This document shows positions 18,740 to 28,796 of a DNA stretch of 64,000 bases, one piece after another (positions within the stretch are counted from its first letter, which is position 1; each line of letters starts with the position of its first letter). The stretch covers positions 160,001 through 224,000 of the forward strand of contig CBDCQT010000007.1 of the NCBI GenBank assembly GCA_965220745.1, read 5' to 3'. This DNA comes from Alphaproteobacteria bacterium (GTDB lineage Bacteria > Pseudomonadota > Alphaproteobacteria > UBA828). The notes under the pieces are model-generated. The model saw nothing but the letters and a program-made list of their open reading frames with translations. It was not told where the DNA came from and ran no database searches. The translations under genes were made by a program, and so were the position numbers.

Positions 18740-20167
18740 TCACGACGGTGCGCTCTCTTCGCGTTCCCACAGGGTGTGCGCGAGAATTCCGACCGAGGCT
18801 TCGATCGCTTCCATCGCGTCGAGGATCAGATCCTCGCGATACCGACGCCCGATGATCTGTACACCTGCTGGCAGCCCGTCCGCGAAGCCGATGGGCACCA
18901 CGCCCGCCGGTAGGCCGAGGTAGTTGACGCCGGTGCTGTAGACGGCGGCCATGAAAAGGTCTTTCACCTCCTCGAACCCGTGCGCGTCGTGGTCCCACGG
19001 GTACATCGAGCGCATCAGGAACGGGCAGAGCACCAGCGGATACCGGTCGAGAAAGACGTTCCATTCGCGGGTCAGCGCGGTGCGATCGGCGATGCCCTGG
19101 CGGTATCCGGCCGCATCGACCGGGTTTCCGACGCGCTGGTAGTCCTCGAAGATGGTCCGAATGGTTTCGCTGCCATGCTCGCGCGCGATGGGACCCAGAA
19201 AGTGCACGATCTCGCTCGCGAGCACGTCGAACCACGCCTGCGCGGGCTTCATGATCGAGGGCGTCGCCACGCGCTCCACCGCGTAGCCCGCGTCGCTGAG
19301 CACTTCCGCCGCCCGGTCGATACCGGCGATGATCTGCGGATCGATCGGATAGCCGTGAGCCTCGTACGTGACTGCAACCTTGATCGGGGGATCGAGCGTG
19401 GGCCCCTCGAAGGGCACCGGTACCCACCAGGGATCGCGCGCGTCACCCCCCGCGAGCACCCGCGTTGCGAGCCGCACGTCCCGCACCTCGCGGCAAATCG
19501 AGCCCTGGACGGAGCTGAGCTGGGCGAGAAGGCCGCGCTCGGCCGCGGCACTCGGGTTGTACGCTGGCACCCGCCCCAGGGTTGGCTTCACCGTCGCCAA
19601 CCCACACGCGAACGAGGGAAAGCGCAGCGAGCCGCCGATGTCGTTGCCGTGGTGAATCGGCCCGAACCCCATCGCCGCAGCGGCCGACGCTCCGCCGGAG
19701 GACCCGCCCGGAGACGCCTCCTCGTCCCAAGGATTGAGAGTGCGGCCGCGCAGCGGGTTGTCTGTGGTCGCGCGCATCGAGAGCTCCGGCGTATTGGTGC
19801 GTCCCACGATGATCGCGCCGGCGTCGAGCAGGTTGCGCGTGACCGGAGAGTGGTCCGGCGCGATGACGTCGGCATAGGCTGTCAGGCCGTTCGTGGTCGC
19901 CTGTCCGGCGACGTCGATATTCTCCTTGATGGTGACCGGGACTCCGTGTAACGGCCCGAGGGCGGCGCCGTTGCGGGCCTCGCGGTCCTTGAGTTCAGCT
20001 GCGCGCAACGCCTCTTCGGAACAGTCGACGACGATCGCGTTGATGCGCCCGTTGTGCTGAGCGATGCGGTCCAGCACCGACTCCGTCACTTCGACGCACG
20101 ATGCCTTGCGCGCCCGGATCATCGTGGCGAGTTCGACCGCGCTGCGGCTCCACAAGCCTCTGTCCAT
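18740..20167 (-). CDS. Amidase signature family enzyme
   Basis: GPLHGVPVTIKEN, PGGSSGG and GNDIGGSLRFPS (Lys-Ser-Ser triad). Confidence 0.92.
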   Translation of the reverse strand: MDRGLWSRSAVELATMIRARKASCVEVTESVLDRIAQHNGRINAIVVDCSEEALRAAELKDREARNGAALGPLHGVPVTIKENIDVAGQATTNGLTAYADVIAPDHSPVTRNLLDAGAIIVGRTNTPELSMRATTDNPLRGRTLNPWDEEASPGGSSGGASAAAAMGFGPIHHGNDIGGSLRFPSFACGLATVKPTLGRVPAYNPSAAAERGLLAQLSSVQGSICREVRDVRLATRVLAGGDARDPWWVPVPFEGPTLDPPIKVAVTYEAHGYPIDPQIIAGIDRAAEVLSDAGYAVERVATPSIMKPAQAWFDVLASEIVHFLGPIAREHGSETIRTIFEDYQRVGNPVDAAGYRQGIADRTALTREWNVFLDRYPLVLCPFLMRSMYPWDHDAHGFEEVKDLFMAAVYSTGVNYLGLPAGVVPIGFADGLPAGVQIIGRRYREDLILDAMEAIEASVGILAHTLWEREESAPS

Positions 20168-20184
20168 TGCGGGTTGCTCCGGGT

Positions 20185-21609
20185 CTAAAGCGAGGGGCGG
20201 TGCCGGCTCCAGTTCGTTGCCGCCTCGAAGGCCGCCGCGGCGCGGAACACCCGGGCGTCATCGTAGGTGCGGCCGACGATCTGCAGGCCGGTGGGGACTC
20301 CGTTCCGTGCGAATCCGGTCGGCACGCTTGCTGCCGGGCACTGGTTCATCATGTTGAACGGGTAGGTGAGCAGCCAGCCCAGGTGCGGCTCGACCGGCTT
20401 GCTATTGATGGTGAAGCCGGGATCCATGTTGGTGTGGTCCGCCTTGACCGCCGGCACCGCCAGCGTCGGGCAGATCATCACGTCATAGCGTTCTAGGATC
20501 GGCGCGAGCTTCTGGTACATCCAGCCGCGCGTTCGGCTGACACGTTCGAACTCGACGGCGCTGACCCGCTGACCCCTCTCCACCAGATCGACCACCCTCG
20601 GGTCCATCTCGAAGCGCCATTCGGGCAGGAAGTCCTGCAACCCACTGGCGAAGAAGACCTCGAAGAGCCGTAAGTACTGGTTCAACACGCCCGAGGTCCA
20701 GCCGAGATCGACCTCCTCGACCTCGCAGCCGAGATCGCGGAAGACATCCACGGCCTTCCGCGTGTTCTCCTGCACCTCCTCGTCGACCTCGACATAGCCG
20801 AGGTCGGGCGAGTAGGCGATACGCCAGCCCTCGATGCCTTCGTAGGCGAGCGGCAGACGAACCCGCGTTCTGAGAGAGTTGATATCCGCCTTGTGGGGGC
20901 CGGAGACGACGTTCTGGAGCAGGGCGGATTCGGCCACCGTGCGGGTGAGCACGCCGATCTGCACCAGGAAGACATGGGGTGCTGTGGTGTCATTTGGGTT
21001 GCGGCCGTAGGGCGGCTTGAAGCCGAAGATGCCGTTGACCGAGGCCGGGATGCGGATCGACCCGCCGCCATCGCCGCCGTCCGCGATGGTGGTCATGCCT
21101 GCGGCCACCGCGCCGCCGCTGCCGCCGGAGGAGCCGCCCGGCGTGTAGTCGGGATTCCAGGGATTGCGGCTCACGCCCCAAAGCGGACTGTGGCTCGTCC
21201 CGGCATAGCCGAACTCGGGCGTGGTGGTGCGGATGTGGAGGATCGCACCGGCGCGCATGAGGCGCTCGGTCACCGGGTAGGTGTGATCGGGGCGGTTGTG
21301 CTCCATGATCTTGGAGCCGATCGTGGTGATCTCGCCCTTGATCGCGTGGTAATCCTTGCTCGCGAAGGGTAGGCCCTCGAGCGTGCGCAGCCGGCCGTCG
21401 GTCTTGCCGTAGCGCGCCTCCGCCGCCTTCGCCTGCTCCAAGGCGCGCTCGAAATAGCTGTAGGTGACGAGGTTGAGCGCCGGGTTGACCGCCTCGCAGC
21501 GGGCGATCACCGCCTTCATCAGCTCGACCGGCGAGAGCGTTCGTGCCTTGAACGCAGCAAGCGCGTCGAGCGCGCTCATGTAGCAGAGGTCGAGATCCGA
21601 TGCGGTCAT
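20185..21609 (-). CDS. Amidase signature family enzyme
   Basis: Start MTASDLDL; GLPFASKD, TPGGSSGG and GGDGGGSIRIPAS. Confidence 0.92.
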   Translation of the reverse strand: MTASDLDLCYMSALDALAAFKARTLSPVELMKAVIARCEAVNPALNLVTYSYFERALEQAKAAEARYGKTDGRLRTLEGLPFASKDYHAIKGEITTIGSKIMEHNRPDHTYPVTERLMRAGAILHIRTTTPEFGYAGTSHSPLWGVSRNPWNPDYTPGGSSGGSGGAVAAGMTTIADGGDGGGSIRIPASVNGIFGFKPPYGRNPNDTTAPHVFLVQIGVLTRTVAESALLQNVVSGPHKADINSLRTRVRLPLAYEGIEGWRIAYSPDLGYVEVDEEVQENTRKAVDVFRDLGCEVEEVDLGWTSGVLNQYLRLFEVFFASGLQDFLPEWRFEMDPRVVDLVERGQRVSAVEFERVSRTRGWMYQKLAPILERYDVMICPTLAVPAVKADHTNMDPGFTINSKPVEPHLGWLLTYPFNMMNQCPAASVPTGFARNGVPTGLQIVGRTYDDARVFRAAAAFEAATNWSRHRPSL

Positions 21610-21626
21610 GACGAACGCTCCCGCTC

Positions 21627-22337
21627 CTATTCGTTGCTGAAGGCCTCCAGCTCGCTGAGATAGGCGAGGACGCGCTCCGCCGGCTCGACATCGCCGAACT
21701 TGGCATCGATGTCGAACAGGTTCCATTCGACGACTCCCGGCACGCGGTCGCCCACGCCTTCCCGAACGACGATGGGGCGGAAGCCCTCGGCGATCGCGTC
21801 TTCGGCCGAGTGGCGCACGCAGCCGGCCATGGTGACGCCGGTGATGACGACCGTGTCAACCCGTTGGGCGCGCAGGTAGCCCGCAAGGTAGGTACCGTGG
21901 AAGGCGCTCGCGCGCTTCTTCACGATCACCTGCTCGCCGCGCGACGGCATCGGCTCGATCCGCTCATCGATCGCTGCCTCCGGCGAGCCTTCACGCAGGG
22001 TCTCGACCGGAATCTTCATGTGCCAGAGGCCGGTGTCGGCGTGCGGCCCGGTCGGGTCCTGATAGGCCGTCGTGGTGTAGATGACGGGAATGTTCTTCTC
22101 GCGCGCGGCGGCCAGAAGCTTCTGGTTGGTGGGGATGATCACATCCATGTTGTCGCACGTGAAGTTATGGCCCGGCCGGGTCCAGGCATTCGCCAGGTCG
22201 ATGATCAGGAGCGCCGGCCGGGTGCCGAACCCGATGCGACGCTGGAAGCCCCGTGTCTGGTAAATCTCGGAATCGGCGGCGAAGATCGTCTCGAGTGCCC
22301 GCCTGACTTCCTCGTCGCGTGTAAGTTCCGCCGTCAT
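21627..22337 (-). CDS. Cysteine hydrolase (isochorismatase superfamily), N-carbamoylsarcosine amidase-like
   Basis: RGFQRRIGFGTRPALLIIDLANAWTRPGH, KKRASAF and AGCVRHSAEDAI...DRVPGVVEWNLFDIDAKFGDV closely match my recollection of Arthrobacter N-carbamoylsarcosine amidohydrolase; Asp-Lys-Cys triad intact. Confidence 0.85.
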   Translation of the reverse strand: MTAELTRDEEVRRALETIFAADSEIYQTRGFQRRIGFGTRPALLIIDLANAWTRPGHNFTCDNMDVIIPTNQKLLAAAREKNIPVIYTTTAYQDPTGPHADTGLWHMKIPVETLREGSPEAAIDERIEPMPSRGEQVIVKKRASAFHGTYLAGYLRAQRVDTVVITGVTMAGCVRHSAEDAIAEGFRPIVVREGVGDRVPGVVEWNLFDIDAKFGDVEPAERVLAYLSELEAFSNE

Positions 22338-22441
22338 CCTGAATACTCCCGCCGTGGATGGGCGCAGAGTGTAGCCGCCGCACCGGCGGGCCGCCAGACG
22401 TGCGCGCCGCGGCCACGATGGAAATTCCAGACCAAAGACGG

Positions 22442-22470
22442 TTGACCCTGGCGGTACGCGGCGCCTAAAT
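22442..22470 (+). promoter_or_regulatory. Putative sigma70 promoter of tRNA-Cys
   Basis: TTGACC-N17-CTAAAT, 28 nt upstream of the tRNA. Confidence 0.55.
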
Positions 22471-22498
22471 GAAGCGCTGACGCTGACGCGCGCCCTGG

Positions 22499-22572
22499 GG
22501 CCGGGTGGCAGAGTGGCTATGCAGCGGACTGCAAATCCGTGTACGCCGGTTCGATTCCGGCCTCGGCCTCCA
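22499..22572 (+). tRNA. tRNA-Cys (GCA)
   Basis: 74-nt cloverleaf: acceptor GGCCGGG/CTCGGCC, anticodon loop CTGCAAA, T-arm GGTTCGATTCC, U73 discriminator and encoded CCA. Confidence 0.98.
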
Positions 22573-22706
22573 GTTTCACCAAGAACAAGTGCGCTCGCTT
22601 TAGGCAGCACCTAAGACACGTAGGCGGCGATCTTGTCCGAATCTGATACGGCGTGTGCGCGCCTCGTGGTAAAAGCGCCTATGAACGTTCGACGGAGACA
22701 GCCGGA

Positions 22707-23234
22707 ATGAGGCGCTCGCACATCGGCTTGGGGATGCTTGGCGTTTTCCTCCTGGCTCTGGCAGCGGCCGGCTGTGAGAATTCAGTGCCGCCGGATAGCC
22801 CAACCATGGATCCCCGACGGCGCGCAGCCGGCGCGAGCCAAGAAAGCATATTCGGTTCCGGCGGGATCGGACTTTTCGGTGGCGACGAGGACGAAGCGGC
22901 TGCCAGCGGCATCGGCGTCAATGCCTTCCTCTGGCGTGCGACCCTCGACACCATCTCGTTCATGCCCTTGCTCTCGGCCGATCCCTTCGGCGGCGTGATC
23001 ATCACCGATTGGTACGCCCCGCCCGAGAGCCCCGACGAGCGCTTCAAGATGACCGTCTACATCCTGGGCAGGACGCTGCGCTCGGACGGCGTACAGGTCT
23101 CCGTGTTTCGCCAGGAACGTGGCGTAGACGGCCTCTGGGAGGACCGTGCCACGAGCCCGGACACCGCGGTCAGCCTCGAAGACAAGATCCTCGACCGCGC
23201 CCGACAGCTGCGTACCGCACAGCTCAGCCGATAG
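22707..23234 (+). CDS. DUF3576 family lipoprotein
   Basis: Lipobox AAAGC; GIGVNAFLWRATLDTISFMPLLSADPFGGVIITDWY; usual neighbour of leuS. Confidence 0.88.
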   Translation: MRRSHIGLGMLGVFLLALAAAGCENSVPPDSPTMDPRRRAAGASQESIFGSGGIGLFGGDEDEAAASGIGVNAFLWRATLDTISFMPLLSADPFGGVIITDWYAPPESPDERFKMTVYILGRTLRSDGVQVSVFRQERGVDGLWEDRATSPDTAVSLEDKILDRARQLRTAQLSR

Positions 23235-23343
23235 AGTGCAGCGTTGCGTGCCGCCCGGCCGGCGCGGCTGCGTTGGCTGGCGGGTCATGCTATAGGGACG
23301 CCGCTCTCCGGCGCCGGCCGGGGTGAGGGAGCGAGCGTGGCCG

Positions 23344-25911
23344 ATGAGTGAGCGTTACGACGCACAGGCGGTCGAGGCCAAGTGGCAAGCCGCCTGGGAG
23401 GACGCGGGCCTGTTCCGGGCCGAGCGCAGCGGCGGTCGTCCGACCTACTACGTCCTGGAGATGTTCCCGTACCCCTCGGGCCGCATTCACATGGGCCACG
23501 TGCGCAACTACACCATGGGCGACGTGGTTGCGCGCTACAAGCGGGCCCGGGGATTCGACGTCCTTCATCCCATGGGCTGGGACGCCTTCGGGCTGCCAGC
23601 GGAGAACGCGGCCTTCGAGCGCGGCGTCCATCCAGCCGAGTGGACCTACGACAACATCGCGACGATGCGCGGGCAGCTCAAGCTGATGGGGCTTTCGATC
23701 GACTGGGAGCGCGAGTTCGCGACCTGCCACCCCGGCTACTACGAACACCAGCAGGCGTTGTTCCTGGACTTCTTCGAGTCCGGATTCGTCGAGCGCAAGG
23801 AGGCCTGGGTCAACTGGGATCCGGTCGATCGCACGGTGCTCGCCAACGAGCAGGTCGTGGACGGGCGCGGCTGGCGCTCGGGCGCGGTCGTCGAGAAACG
23901 CAGGCTGGCGCAATGGTTCTTTCGCATCACCCGCTTCGCTGACGAACTCCTGGATGCGCTTGAGGCCCTGCCGCGCTGGCCCGAGAAGGTGCAGCTCATG
24001 CAACGCAACTGGATCGGGCGTTCCCAAGGCGCCCGCATCCTCTTCCCCATCGAAGGCCGCGACGAGGCACTGGAGGTCTTCACGACCCGCCCGGATACGC
24101 TGTTCGGCGCGTCGTTCTGTGCGCTCTCGCCCAACCACCCGCTCGCGACATCGCTTGCTGAATCGGATTCGTCGCTCGCCGACTTCATTGCCGAGTGCAA
24201 CCGCGCCGGCATCGGCGAGCGCGACATCGAGGCGGCGGGCAAGCGCGGCTTCGACACGGGCGTAAGCGTCCGCCACCCCTTCGACGCCGAGCGCACGCTG
24301 CCGCTCTACGTCGCCAATTTCGTGCTCATGGACTACGGCACCGGCGCGATCTTTGGCTGCCCAGCCCACGACCAGCGCGACCTGGATTTCGCCCGCGCCC
24401 AGGGCCTGCCAGTTATCCCGGTGGTGTGTCCGCCGGGGGAGGATGCGGATGCGGTCGAGATCGGCGACGAGGCCTATGTCGGCGACGGCACGGCCATCAA
24501 TTCCGACTTTCTTAACGGGTTGTCGGTGGCCGACGCCAAGGCGCGCGCAGTCGTAGAGCTTGCGGAACGCGGTGCCGGCGGCTCTGCCGTTAGCTACCGG
24601 CTCCGCGATTGGGGCATCTCGCGGCAGCGCTACTGGGGCTGCCCGATTCCGGTGGTGCACTGCGCATCGTGCGGCGTGGTGCCGGTGCCGCGCGAGGCGC
24701 TCCCGGTGCGCCTGCCCGAGGACGTGACCTTCGACACGCCGGGCAATCCCCTCGACCGCCATCCCACGTGGAAGCACACCACGTGCCCTCGCTGCGGTGC
24801 TGCCGCGGAGCGCGATACCGATACGATGGACACCTTCGTGGATTCCTCCTGGTACTTCGCGCGCTTCTGCGCCGCGCGCGCCGACGAGCCGCTGCCGGCC
24901 GACGAGGTCGAGCCTTGGCTTCCGGTCGATCAATACATCGGCGGCATCGAGCACGCGGTGCTGCACCTGCTCTATTCGCGCTTCTATACCAAGGCTCTCA
25001 AACGCTGCGGCCATGTGACGATCGACGAGCCCTTCGCTGGCCTCTTCACCCAGGGCATGGTGTGTCACGAGACCTACCGCGACTCAGACGGGCGCTGGTA
25101 CTACCCCGACCAGGTCGAGACCCGCGCTGGCAACTTGGTGACCAAGGAGGGCGGGCGCCCCATCGCCATCGGCCGGTCGGAGGCGATGAGCAAGTCGAAG
25201 CGCAACACCGTCGATCCCGAGGCGATCATCGAGGCATACGGTGCCGACACCGCGCGGCTCTTCATGCTCTCCGACAGCCCGCCCGAACGCGACCTGGAAT
25301 GGACCGATACCGGCGTCAAGGGCGCCTGGCGCTACATCGCCGCGCTTTGGCGCATGGTGCTATCGCCGCCCGTGGCGCTGTCTCCATGCGGGGCAGCGCC
25401 GTCGGACCAGGGGACCTTGGCGGCTCCGCTGCGTGACGTGCGCAGGACCATTCACAAGACCATCGCCGGTGTGACCGATGATCTAGAGCGTTTTCGCTTC
25501 AACCGGGCGGTGGCGCGGGTGCGGGAGCTGACCAATGCGCTCTCCGCCATCGAGGACGCGCTCGGTGCAGGCCACGTGATGCGCGAGGGCCTGGAGACCG
25601 CCATGCGCCTGCTCGGCCCGGTGGTGCCGCATCTGGCCGAGGAGGCCTGGCGCCGTCTCGGACATGAGAGCTGGCTGGCGCGCGAGCCGTGGCCGGAGCC
25701 GGACCCCGTCCTGCTCGCGGATGACGTTGTGGTCGTCGCCGTGCAGGTGGATGGCAGAAAGCGCGCGACGATTTCGTTGCCGGCCGATCACGACAAGGCG
25801 GCGGCGGAAAACGCGGCCATGGCAGACGGCGGCGTGCGCCGGGCGCTTGCTGGCCGGGAAGTACGCAAGGTGATCGTCGTGCCCGGGCGAATCGTGAATG
25901 TCGTCACCTGA
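23344..25911 (+). CDS. leuS: Leucine--tRNA ligase
   Basis: [27 protein letters not shown] editing domain, [11 protein letters not shown] and AMSKS. Confidence 0.98.
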   Translation: MSERYDAQAVEAKWQAAWEDAGLFRAERSGGRPTYYVLEMFPYPSGRIHMGHVRNYTMGDVVARYKRARGFDVLHPMGWDAFGLPAENAAFERGVHPAEWTYDNIATMRGQLKLMGLSIDWEREFATCHPGYYEHQQALFLDFFESGFVERKEAWVNWDPVDRTVLANEQVVDGRGWRSGAVVEKRRLAQWFFRITRFADELLDALEALPRWPEKVQLMQRNWIGRSQGARILFPIEGRDEALEVFTTRPDTLFGASFCALSPNHPLATSLAESDSSLADFIAECNRAGIGERDIEAAGKRGFDTGVSVRHPFDAERTLPLYVANFVLMDYGTGAIFGCPAHDQRDLDFARAQGLPVIPVVCPPGEDADAVEIGDEAYVGDGTAINSDFLNGLSVADAKARAVVELAERGAGGSAVSYRLRDWGISRQRYWGCPIPVVHCASCGVVPVPREALPVRLPEDVTFDTPGNPLDRHPTWKHTTCPRCGAAAERDTDTMDTFVDSSWYFARFCAARADEPLPADEVEPWLPVDQYIGGIEHAVLHLLYSRFYTKALKRCGHVTIDEPFAGLFTQGMVCHETYRDSDGRWYYPDQVETRAGNLVTKEGGRPIAIGRSEAMSKSKRNTVDPEAIIEAYGADTARLFMLSDSPPERDLEWTDTGVKGAWRYIAALWRMVLSPPVALSPCGAAPSDQGTLAAPLRDVRRTIHKTIAGVTDDLERFRFNRAVARVRELTNALSAIEDALGAGHVMREGLETAMRLLGPVVPHLAEEAWRRLGHESWLAREPWPEPDPVLLADDVVVVAVQVDGRKRATISLPADHDKAAAENAAMADGGVRRALAGREVRKVIVVPGRIVNVVT

Positions 25912-26437
25912 TCGGCCGTTCTCTCGCATGTTGGCGCGCCTGAGGCGCGCGCCGATCCCAGCCCTCGCCCTCGCTCTTTCCCTCGTCCTGCTCGGCGCCT
26001 GTTCCGTGGAGCCGCTTTACGGTGCCCGCACCGGCAAGGCGCGTGGCGGCGGCGTTGCGGCGATCGAGATCGCACCGGTCAAGGACCGGGTCGGTCATAT
26101 CGTGCGCAACCATTTGATCGACAGCCTCACCCCGAGGGGACAGCCGGCGCATCCCGACTATCGCCTGACCCTCGCGGTCGAGCAGGAAAAGACTCCGCTG
26201 CTGATCCAGCTCGACGACCATGCGACCCGGTTCAATTTGACGCTCCGCGCCAGGTTCGCCCTCGCCGATCGGGGCGGGGCGGTGGTCTACCGTGACAGCG
26301 CCCGGGCGACCGGCAGCTACAACGTCGTCGAATCGGGGTTCGCCACCGTGACGGCGGAGCGGGACGCGGCCAAGGAAGCGGCGCGGGTGCTGAGCGAAGA
26401 AATCCTCACGCTGATCCTCCTCCATCTCCGTCGATGA
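25898..26437 (+). CDS. lptE: LPS assembly lipoprotein LptE
   Basis: Lipobox LLGAC followed by SVEPLYG; position between leuS and holA. Start may be 25928. Confidence 0.85.
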   Translation: MSSPDRPFSRMLARLRRAPIPALALALSLVLLGACSVEPLYGARTGKARGGGVAAIEIAPVKDRVGHIVRNHLIDSLTPRGQPAHPDYRLTLAVEQEKTPLLIQLDDHATRFNLTLRARFALADRGGAVVYRDSARATGSYNVVESGFATVTAERDAAKEAARVLSEEILTLILLHLRR

Positions 26438-26474
26438 GACCCTGGCCGTCACATGATCCGGCGGCTGGCACGCC

Positions 26475-27515
26475 ATGAAGATCGCGCCGGCGCGCGCGGA
26501 CCGGTTCTGCGCGGCACCGGACGCGGAGGTCCGGCTGGTTCTGATCTACGGCTCCAACGAAGGCCTGGTGCGGGCCCGCGCCGAAGCTTGCGTCAAGGCC
26601 GTTGCAGAGGATGCCGACGATCCCTTTCGCGTCACCAGCCTCGATCCGGCGCTGCTGCGAGACGAGCCGGGCCGGCTCGCCGACGAGGCGGCGGCGCTCT
26701 CGCTCATCGGCGGCCGTCGTGCCGTCCGCCTGCGCGGCGCGACCGAGACGGTGGTCCCTGCGATCCGCTCGTGTCTCGCGTTGCCGGCTACCGAGAGCCT
26801 GGTGGTTGCGGAGGCCGGGCCGCTGACACCCCGCTCGGGCCTCAGGCGCCTGTGCGAGCAGGAAGCGAGCCTCGCCGCCATCGCCTGCTACGACGAGAGC
26901 GCGGAGGGCGCCGCCCGGCTGATCGAAGCCTTCTGCAGCGCGCGCAAGATCAAGGCGGCGCCCGAGACCGTCGATTGGCTGGCCGAGCGCCTGGGCAGCG
27001 ATCGCCGGCAGATCGAGGGTGCGGTGGAGAAGCTCGCGGTCTACCTGGGCGAGGGGGGCACCGAGGGCGGTTTGCTCACGCAGGAGGTCGCGGAGGCCTG
27101 CGTCGGCGACGCGACCGAAGCATCGGCCGATGAGGTTGCGCGCCTGGCCCTATCCGGCGACCGTGAGGGGCTGGACCGAGCAATGACGCGGGCGCTCTAC
27201 GGCGGGGTTCAACCGATCACCATTCTCCGCGCTGCCGCCCGGCGCCTCGCCCGCCTCCATCTCGCGGTCGCCGCGCTGGAAGGCGGCGCCAGTCGGGCCG
27301 ATGCCATGGGCAGCCTCAAGCCCCCAGTATTCCCCAGAGACCGTGCTGCCTTCGGTCAGGAGATGACCCGCTGGCCCATCGCCCGCGCGGCCCGAGCGCT
27401 GGGGCTGCTGACCCGTGCCGAGCGCGACTGCAAGATTTCCGGTGGTGCGCCTGAGGCGATCTGTTGGCAGGCACTGCTCCGCGTCGCGCGCGCGGCCCAA
27501 AGGCAGAGCGCCTAA
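26475..27515 (+). CDS. holA: DNA polymerase III delta subunit
   Basis: LIYGSNEGLV, DDPF, LADEAAALSLIGG and AIACY; leuS-lptE-holA synteny. Confidence 0.92.
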   Translation: MKIAPARADRFCAAPDAEVRLVLIYGSNEGLVRARAEACVKAVAEDADDPFRVTSLDPALLRDEPGRLADEAAALSLIGGRRAVRLRGATETVVPAIRSCLALPATESLVVAEAGPLTPRSGLRRLCEQEASLAAIACYDESAEGAARLIEAFCSARKIKAAPETVDWLAERLGSDRRQIEGAVEKLAVYLGEGGTEGGLLTQEVAEACVGDATEASADEVARLALSGDREGLDRAMTRALYGGVQPITILRAAARRLARLHLAVAALEGGASRADAMGSLKPPVFPRDRAAFGQEMTRWPIARAARALGLLTRAERDCKISGGAPEAICWQALLRVARAAQRQSA

Positions 27516-27532
27516 GCGCAGCACCTATCGGA

Positions 27533-27946
27533 TCAGGCCGCGATGCCGGCCAGGGTGCAGATGCGCCGCCACTCGGCCTCCGTCACGGGGCTCACGGAAA
27601 GCCGCGATTGACGCAGGAGCTGCATGTCCTGGAGCGCCGGCTCTTCCTTGATCTGCTTCAGAGAGACCGGCTCGCTCACCGGGACCACGGCCTTGACGTC
27701 GACCATGCCGAAGCGCCCGGAAGCATCGGTCGGGTCGGGATAGTGCTCCTTCACGACCTCGACGACGCCGACGATCTCCTTCGCGTTGACCGAGTGGTAG
27801 AAGAAGCAGCGGTCGCCCCGCTTCATGGCCTTCATATTGTTGTTCGCCTGATGGTTGCGTACGCCGTCCCACTCCGTGACGCTGTCGCGCACCTGATCGT
27901 CCCAGGACCAGCAACTCGGTTCCGACTTTATGAGCCAATAGGCCAT
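27533..27946 (-). CDS. EVE domain protein
   Basis: MAYWLIKSEP, WDGVRNHQA, GDRCFFYHS and RQSRLSVSPV. Confidence 0.93.
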   Translation of the reverse strand: MAYWLIKSEPSCWSWDDQVRDSVTEWDGVRNHQANNNMKAMKRGDRCFFYHSVNAKEIVGVVEVVKEHYPDPTDASGRFGMVDVKAVVPVSEPVSLKQIKEEPALQDMQLLRQSRLSVSPVTEAEWRRICTLAGIAA

Positions 27947-28146
27947 TTCGCGCCCCTCCAAAGACCACTCAACCGTGCGTCGAGTGTAACCAACCCGCAA
28001 CCCAGCGTCAGCCGTCCCTCGATGGTCACGCCTGCCGCCGTCTTGATGTCAGCGAACGATGCCCCCACACTATGTCTATTGCCAGGTAACGAGACCGTCG
28101 GGTGGTGCCTGCAGCGGTGCCGCCTGCGGCAGGTGGGCGCGGGGCA

Positions 28147-28356
28147 ATGTCGTTCTTCGAAATGGGCGGTTACGCCGCCTACGTGTGGCCGGCCTTCGGG
28201 GCTGCGGCCGCGATCATGATGGCGCTCCTCCTGCTCAGCATCCGCGCCATGCGTGCGAGGGAGGCGGCGCTGAGGGCTTTGGAGGCAACCGCGCGCCGGC
28301 AGCGTGCTGCCGATGGAGACAACGACCGTGACGGGGAGCAGAACGCCCCGGCATGA
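28147..28356 (+). CDS. ccmD: Heme exporter protein CcmD
   Basis: [16 protein letters not shown] plus one TM helix; overlaps the ccmE start. Confidence 0.9.
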   Translation: MSFFEMGGYAAYVWPAFGAAAAIMMALLLLSIRAMRAREAALRALEATARRQRAADGDNDRDGEQNAPA

Positions 28357-28796
28357 AGCGCAAGCATTGGCGGTTGGTCTTTCTGGGCGGGGGCCTCGGC
28401 GCGCTCGGCCTCGCTGCGGGCCTGGTGCTCACCGCGCTCGACGACACCCTCGTCTTCTTCCATGACCCGAGCACGCTCAAGGAACGGCAATTTTCACCCG
28501 AGCAGCGGCTTCGTGTGGGCGGCCTGGTGGAGGAGAACAGCGTGGTGAGGGGTGACGACGGGCTCACGGTGCGCTTCACCATCACCGACCTCGCACACAC
28601 CGTGCCCGTGACCTATTTCGGTATTCTGCCCGACCTGTTCCGCGAGGGGCAGGGGGTGGTCGCCGAGGGCTATCTGAAGGGCAGCGTGTTCGAGGCCGAC
28701 GAGGTGCTCGCCAAGCACGACGAGAACTACATGCCGCGTGAAGTGGCCGACGCGCTGAAGAAGTCCGGCAACTGGAAGGGCGAGGGCGCCGAATGA
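28353..28796 (+). CDS. ccmE: Heme chaperone CcmE
   Basis: [12 protein letters not shown] and LAKHDENY. Confidence 0.97.
   Translation: MKRKHWRLVFLGGGLGALGLAAGLVLTALDDTLVFFHDPSTLKERQFSPEQRLRVGGLVEENSVVRGDDGLTVRFTITDLAHTVPVTYFGILPDLFREGQGVVAEGYLKGSVFEADEVLAKHDENYMPREVADALKKSGNWKGEGAE

Noticed and set aside
22499-22572. tRNA-Cys as an island integration site
   Set aside because: No integrase and no duplicate of the tRNA 3' end seen; core genes follow directly.
25180-25200. LeuS KMSKS motif reads AMSKS
   Set aside because: The first position is known to vary; the catalytic second Lys is intact.
27533-27946. EVE protein as part of a modification-dependent restriction system
   Set aside because: A stand-alone EVE domain with no nuclease fusion or nuclease neighbour; common in proteobacteria.
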